The notes under the pieces: model-generated
The model's database searches: none
Told to the model about the DNA's origin: nothing
What the model saw: only the letters and a program-made list of their open reading frames with translations
Program-made: the position numbers and the translations under genes
Assembly (NCBI GenBank): GCA_902543145.1
Contig: CACBXG010000003.1
Span: 91,088-155,087, forward strand
Length of the DNA stretch: 64,000 nt
From: an uncultured SAR116 cluster alpha proteobacterium
GTDB lineage: Bacteria; Pseudomonadota; Alphaproteobacteria; Puniceispirillales; Marisalimonadaceae
Direction of reading: 5' to 3'
Part shown: piece by piece, positions 60,377-64,000 of the stretch
Numbering within the stretch: the stretch's first letter is position 1
Layout of the letters: every line of letters begins with the position of its first letter

Positions 60377-61546
60377 TTGAAAAAACCCAATATTAATTTG
60401 TTGGCAGTAATTGTAGCTGTTCCTGTTATTGGAATGACAATTATAGCTCCTGCTTTAACTATTATAAAAAATGATCTCAATATATCTTTTGAAAATACAC
60501 AATTAATTTTAACACTATATTTTACTTTCCTAGCATTTGGTCAAATACTATCGGGACCATTTTCTGATAAATATGGAAGAAAACCAATTTTACTCTTGGG
60601 AGCTTCGATTTATTCAATTTCTGCCTTTTTTGCATCCTTATCGTCTAATATAGAAATTTTATTAATACTTAGATGTTTTCAAGGATTTGGTGCTGCAGCA
60701 TGTTTATCTGTTGGAAGAACTATTTTAAGTGATTGTTATGAGATAAAAGAGGCGGCAAAGGAAATGTCAAAAATGACAGCTATAATGGCAGTCATTCCAA
60801 TTTCTTGTTTTATTTTTGGAGGATTTCTTGCCGAATTTTTAGGCTGGAGAACTAATTTACTTGCTTTAGGCTTAATAAGTCTGATTTTGATAATAGCTAT
60901 GTTATTTTTATTAAATGAAACATTAACAAAAAAAGCTGAAAGCATAAGTTTTAAAAATATATTTATAGTTTATAGAGGATTAATAAACACTCTTTCTTTT
61001 AATTTTTTTACGATTACTACTGCAATGCAGACATCTATGTTCTTTGCAATGAATGGTTTTATGCCATATGAATTTGAAAGAAAAGGCGTCACTATGTCAG
61101 AATTTGGAATATGGTTTTCATTTACATCTTTGGGATATATTTTTGGAAATATTGTAAATAGCAAATTAAGTCCAAAAGTGGGTCTAGAAAGAATGTGTCT
61201 TTTGGGAACAGTTTGCTCTTTTTGTACTGTATTAATATTTTTGGGGAATAATAATTTATTCCAAAATGGCCCTGTTGTTTTAGCACTAATCTGCATGTTG
61301 TTTGGATGCTCAAACGGCTTCGCAGTAGCAAATAGTATGACTGGTGCAATAAATTCGTCTAAATTTAATAAAGGTGCAGCTAGTGGTTTAATGGGTGCTT
61401 TCCAAGTTGGTTCTGGAGGGCTAGCTGGCTTTCTAATAATATATTTTGGAGGAGCTCAAAATTTTAATATATGTCTATATGCATTATCTATTATGTCAGG
61501 TATTTCAATAATATCCTCTTATCTAATATTACAAATAAAAAAATGA
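60377..61546 (+). CDS. MFS drug/metabolite efflux transporter (Bcr/CflA-like)
   Basis: GPFSDKYGRKP, LRCFQGFG, LGWR and about 12 TM segments. Confidence 0.85.
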   Translation: MKKPNINLLAVIVAVPVIGMTIIAPALTIIKNDLNISFENTQLILTLYFTFLAFGQILSGPFSDKYGRKPILLLGASIYSISAFFASLSSNIEILLILRCFQGFGAAACLSVGRTILSDCYEIKEAAKEMSKMTAIMAVIPISCFIFGGFLAEFLGWRTNLLALGLISLILIIAMLFLLNETLTKKAESISFKNIFIVYRGLINTLSFNFFTITTAMQTSMFFAMNGFMPYEFERKGVTMSEFGIWFSFTSLGYIFGNIVNSKLSPKVGLERMCLLGTVCSFCTVLIFLGNNNLFQNGPVVLALICMLFGCSNGFAVANSMTGAINSSKFNKGAASGLMGAFQVGSGGLAGFLIIYFGGAQNFNICLYALSIMSGISIISSYLILQIKK

Positions 61547-61557
61547 GTATTATATAA

Positions 61558-62490
61558 ATGCCTAATTATGAAAATATTGAAATAGTAGACTCTCATCATC
61601 ATTTCTGGGATTTAAATAAAAATTATTATCCCTTTTTATGCGACAAAATAGATCCAAATTTTTTTTTAGGTAACTACGAAATAATTAGAGATAATTATCT
61701 TCCTCTTGATTATGAGAAAGACATAATAAATCATAATGTTATTGGTACTATTCATTGTGAAGCAGAGTGGGATAGGAATAACCAGGTTGGTGAGACAAAA
61801 TGGATAGAGAATTTAGCTAAGAGAAATAAATTTCCAAATGCTATTATAGGTCATGCTTGGTTTCATACAAAAAATGCAGAGATAATAATTGCTGAACAAG
61901 CAAGTTTTAATATGGTTAAGAGTATACGCTCAAAACCTAATGTTAAATTATCAAAAAATACTACTTATTATAAATATGATGGTTCCATGCAAGATACGAA
62001 TTGGAGAAATGGTTTAAAATTACTAGAAAAATATAATTTAAATTATGATTTAAGAGTTCCTACATGGCATTTAGAAGAAGCAGTTGAAATTGTAAGATTA
62101 ATACCTAATACTAAAGTTATTATAAACCATTGTGGTTTTCCCTGGGATAGATCTGTGGATGGAATGGAATTTTGGAGAAAAGGGATAAAAGCATTATCTT
62201 TAGAGCCTAATACATTTATAAAATTATCTGAATTTGGGGTAAAAGGAGAGAATTGGAATTTCAATGAGAATGCGAATATAATTTACGAACTAATAGATCT
62301 TTTTGGTCCAAAAAGGTGTATGTTTGCAAGCAATTTTCCTGTTAGTAAACTTAAAATAACATTTGATAATTTATTTAATAATTATAAAAAAATTGTAGAA
62401 AAATTTTCAAGTGATGAGAAAAAAAATTTGTTTTCTGAAACTGCTATTGAGGCTTATAATTTAGATAAATCATTGTTAAAGAAAAATTAA
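61558..62490 (+). CDS. Amidohydrolase_2 family protein (lactonase-like)
   Basis: VDSHHHFW, IINHCG.P, IKLSE and FGPKRCMFASNFP. Confidence 0.82.
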   Translation: MPNYENIEIVDSHHHFWDLNKNYYPFLCDKIDPNFFLGNYEIIRDNYLPLDYEKDIINHNVIGTIHCEAEWDRNNQVGETKWIENLAKRNKFPNAIIGHAWFHTKNAEIIIAEQASFNMVKSIRSKPNVKLSKNTTYYKYDGSMQDTNWRNGLKLLEKYNLNYDLRVPTWHLEEAVEIVRLIPNTKVIINHCGFPWDRSVDGMEFWRKGIKALSLEPNTFIKLSEFGVKGENWNFNENANIIYELIDLFGPKRCMFASNFPVSKLKITFDNLFNNYKKIVEKFSSDEKKNLFSETAIEAYNLDKSLLKKN

Positions 62491-62568
62491 TTACATCCTT
62501 ATTACTCAATAATTTAAATTTTTTTTTAATTGTGCTAATTAATCATTTTATTTCGTGTGGAGTTTTGA

Positions 62569-63669
62569 TTGAGTATTCAATTTACTGATATTGTTAACAA
62601 ATTACCAGCCTCTGTACCTTTTGTAGGTCCGGAAGCTCAAGAAAGAAGTATTGATCAACTTTTTAAAGCTCGTATTGGAGCTAACGAGAGTGTTTTTGGA
62701 CCTTCAGAAAAAGCAATTTCAGCTATGAAAAAATACTTAAGTGAAGTCTGGATGTATGGTGATCCAGAAAACTTTGATTTGAAAAACGCACTTGCAAAAA
62801 AACATAAAGTAAATTTTGAAAATATTGTTATTGGTGAAGGAATTGATGGCTTACTAGGATATCTGGTTAGATTGATAATAGAAAAAGGGGATAATGTCGT
62901 TACTACTGATGGCGCTTATCCAACTTTTAATTATCATGTAGAGGGTTTTGGAGGAAATCTGCATAAAGTACCTTTCTACAATGATACTGAGGACTTACAA
63001 AATTTACTTAATAAAGTTAAAGAAACATCAGCAAAGATTTTATATGTATCAAATCCCAACAATCCAATGGGAACAATTAACAAACCGTCAGATATTGAAA
63101 CATTAATACAGAAACTTCCTGAGACTACCTTGTTATGTTTGGATGAAGCTTATATTGATTTTGTAGATGATAACTTTGTACCTAAGATTTCGTTGGAAAC
63201 AAAAAATGTAATTAGAATGCGAACTTTTTCAAAAGCATATGGAATGGCCGGATTAAGGGTTGGCTACGCAATCGGAGAAAAAAACTTAATCTTAAATTTT
63301 GAAAAAATAAGAAATCATTTTGGTATGTCAAAAATTTCTCAAGTAGGTGCATTAGCTGCGGTAGAAGATTATGAATTTATTAGTGATGTAATTACTAAAG
63401 TAAAATTAGCGAGAAATAGAATTGCTGACATTGCAAATAATAATAATTGTATATTTATTCCCTCTTTTACAAATTTTGTAGCAATTGATTGTTTAAAAGA
63501 TAGTAAATTTGCAAAAAAAGTTCTTGAAAATTTAATTAATAACGGTGTTTTTGTAAGAATGCCATATTCATATCCTCAAAATAGGTGTATAAGAGTGACA
63601 GTAGGATTAGATAAAGATATTGATTTATTTGAAAAATATTTTCCAATAGCATTAAAAAAAGCTAATTAA
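62569..63669 (+). CDS. HisC-like class II PLP aminotransferase
   Basis: ANES.FG, NPNNPMG, LDEAY and RTFSKAYGMAGLRVGY. Confidence 0.85.
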   Translation: MSIQFTDIVNKLPASVPFVGPEAQERSIDQLFKARIGANESVFGPSEKAISAMKKYLSEVWMYGDPENFDLKNALAKKHKVNFENIVIGEGIDGLLGYLVRLIIEKGDNVVTTDGAYPTFNYHVEGFGGNLHKVPFYNDTEDLQNLLNKVKETSAKILYVSNPNNPMGTINKPSDIETLIQKLPETTLLCLDEAYIDFVDDNFVPKISLETKNVIRMRTFSKAYGMAGLRVGYAIGEKNLILNFEKIRNHFGMSKISQVGALAAVEDYEFISDVITKVKLARNRIADIANNNNCIFIPSFTNFVAIDCLKDSKFAKKVLENLINNGVFVRMPYSYPQNRCIRVTVGLDKDIDLFEKYFPIALKKAN

Positions 63670-63729
63670 AATAATATATCTCAAATCTTAAACTGTAAAA
63701 ATTAATTTAGATAAACTAGGGAGTTTTTT

Positions 63730-64000
63730 ATGACAACTAATTATCCAGATACCCATCTTTTTCTTAATGGAGAATGGAGAGAATCTGTAGCAAAAGAGAG
63801 TCTTGAAATAATAAATCCAGCAACAGAAGAAGTTATTGGTAAAGTATCACACGCAAGAAAAGAAGACTTAGATATTGCTCTTAGTGCTGCTGAAAAAGCC
63901 TTTGATAGTTGGAAACATGTTTCTGCTTATGAAAGATCAAAAATATTAAGAAAGGCTGCTGACATAGTCCGTAGCAAGGCCGATCACATTGCGACACTTA
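63730..64000 (+). CDS. NAD(P)-dependent aldehyde dehydrogenase (5' part; runs off the window)
   Basis: Manual translation MTTNYPDTHLFLNGEW...IINPATEEVIG.V.......D.A...A..AF..W......ER..IL. Confidence 0.85.
   Translation, partial: MTTNYPDTHLFLNGEWRESVAKESLEIINPATEEVIGKVSHARKEDLDIALSAAEKAFDSWKHVSAYERSKILRKAADIVRSKADHIATL

Overview
AT-rich, gene-dense chromosome segment of a marine-type alphaproteobacterium (ALAS-type hemA, gcrA, alpha-type LexA boxes, one-Cys DksA). Its tRNA-His keeps G-1:C73, which argues against Pelagibacter, Rhizobiales, Rhodobacterales and Caulobacterales. Most of the window is housekeeping: SUF operon plus Atm1-like exporter, queA-tgt-queG, amtB-glnK, hemA-hemH, dksA-recA-alaS, pepN, parE, glnB-glnA, tig-clpP-clpX-lon-hup, a cobalamin riboswitch with btuB, and six tRNAs. 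The outstanding feature is a 4.1-kb integrative element at tRNA-Gly(TCC) (20102-24207). Besides attL and attR, it carries a complete internal attP (22645-22969) in inverted orientation. The integrase gene and the cargo are therefore each bracketed by near-perfect inverted repeats, and the excised circle would have a 2-micron-plasmid-like layout. The cargo also holds a hybrid att site from related elements that target a different tRNA, a second inverted motif pair, two paralogous unknown small proteins, a decayed gene and a secreted cupin. A second highlight is a very divergent isocitrate-dehydrogenase-like protein (32420-33784) with intact isocitrate and metal ligands but a remodelled coenzyme site. 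All calls come from reading the sequence by eye; no searches were run.
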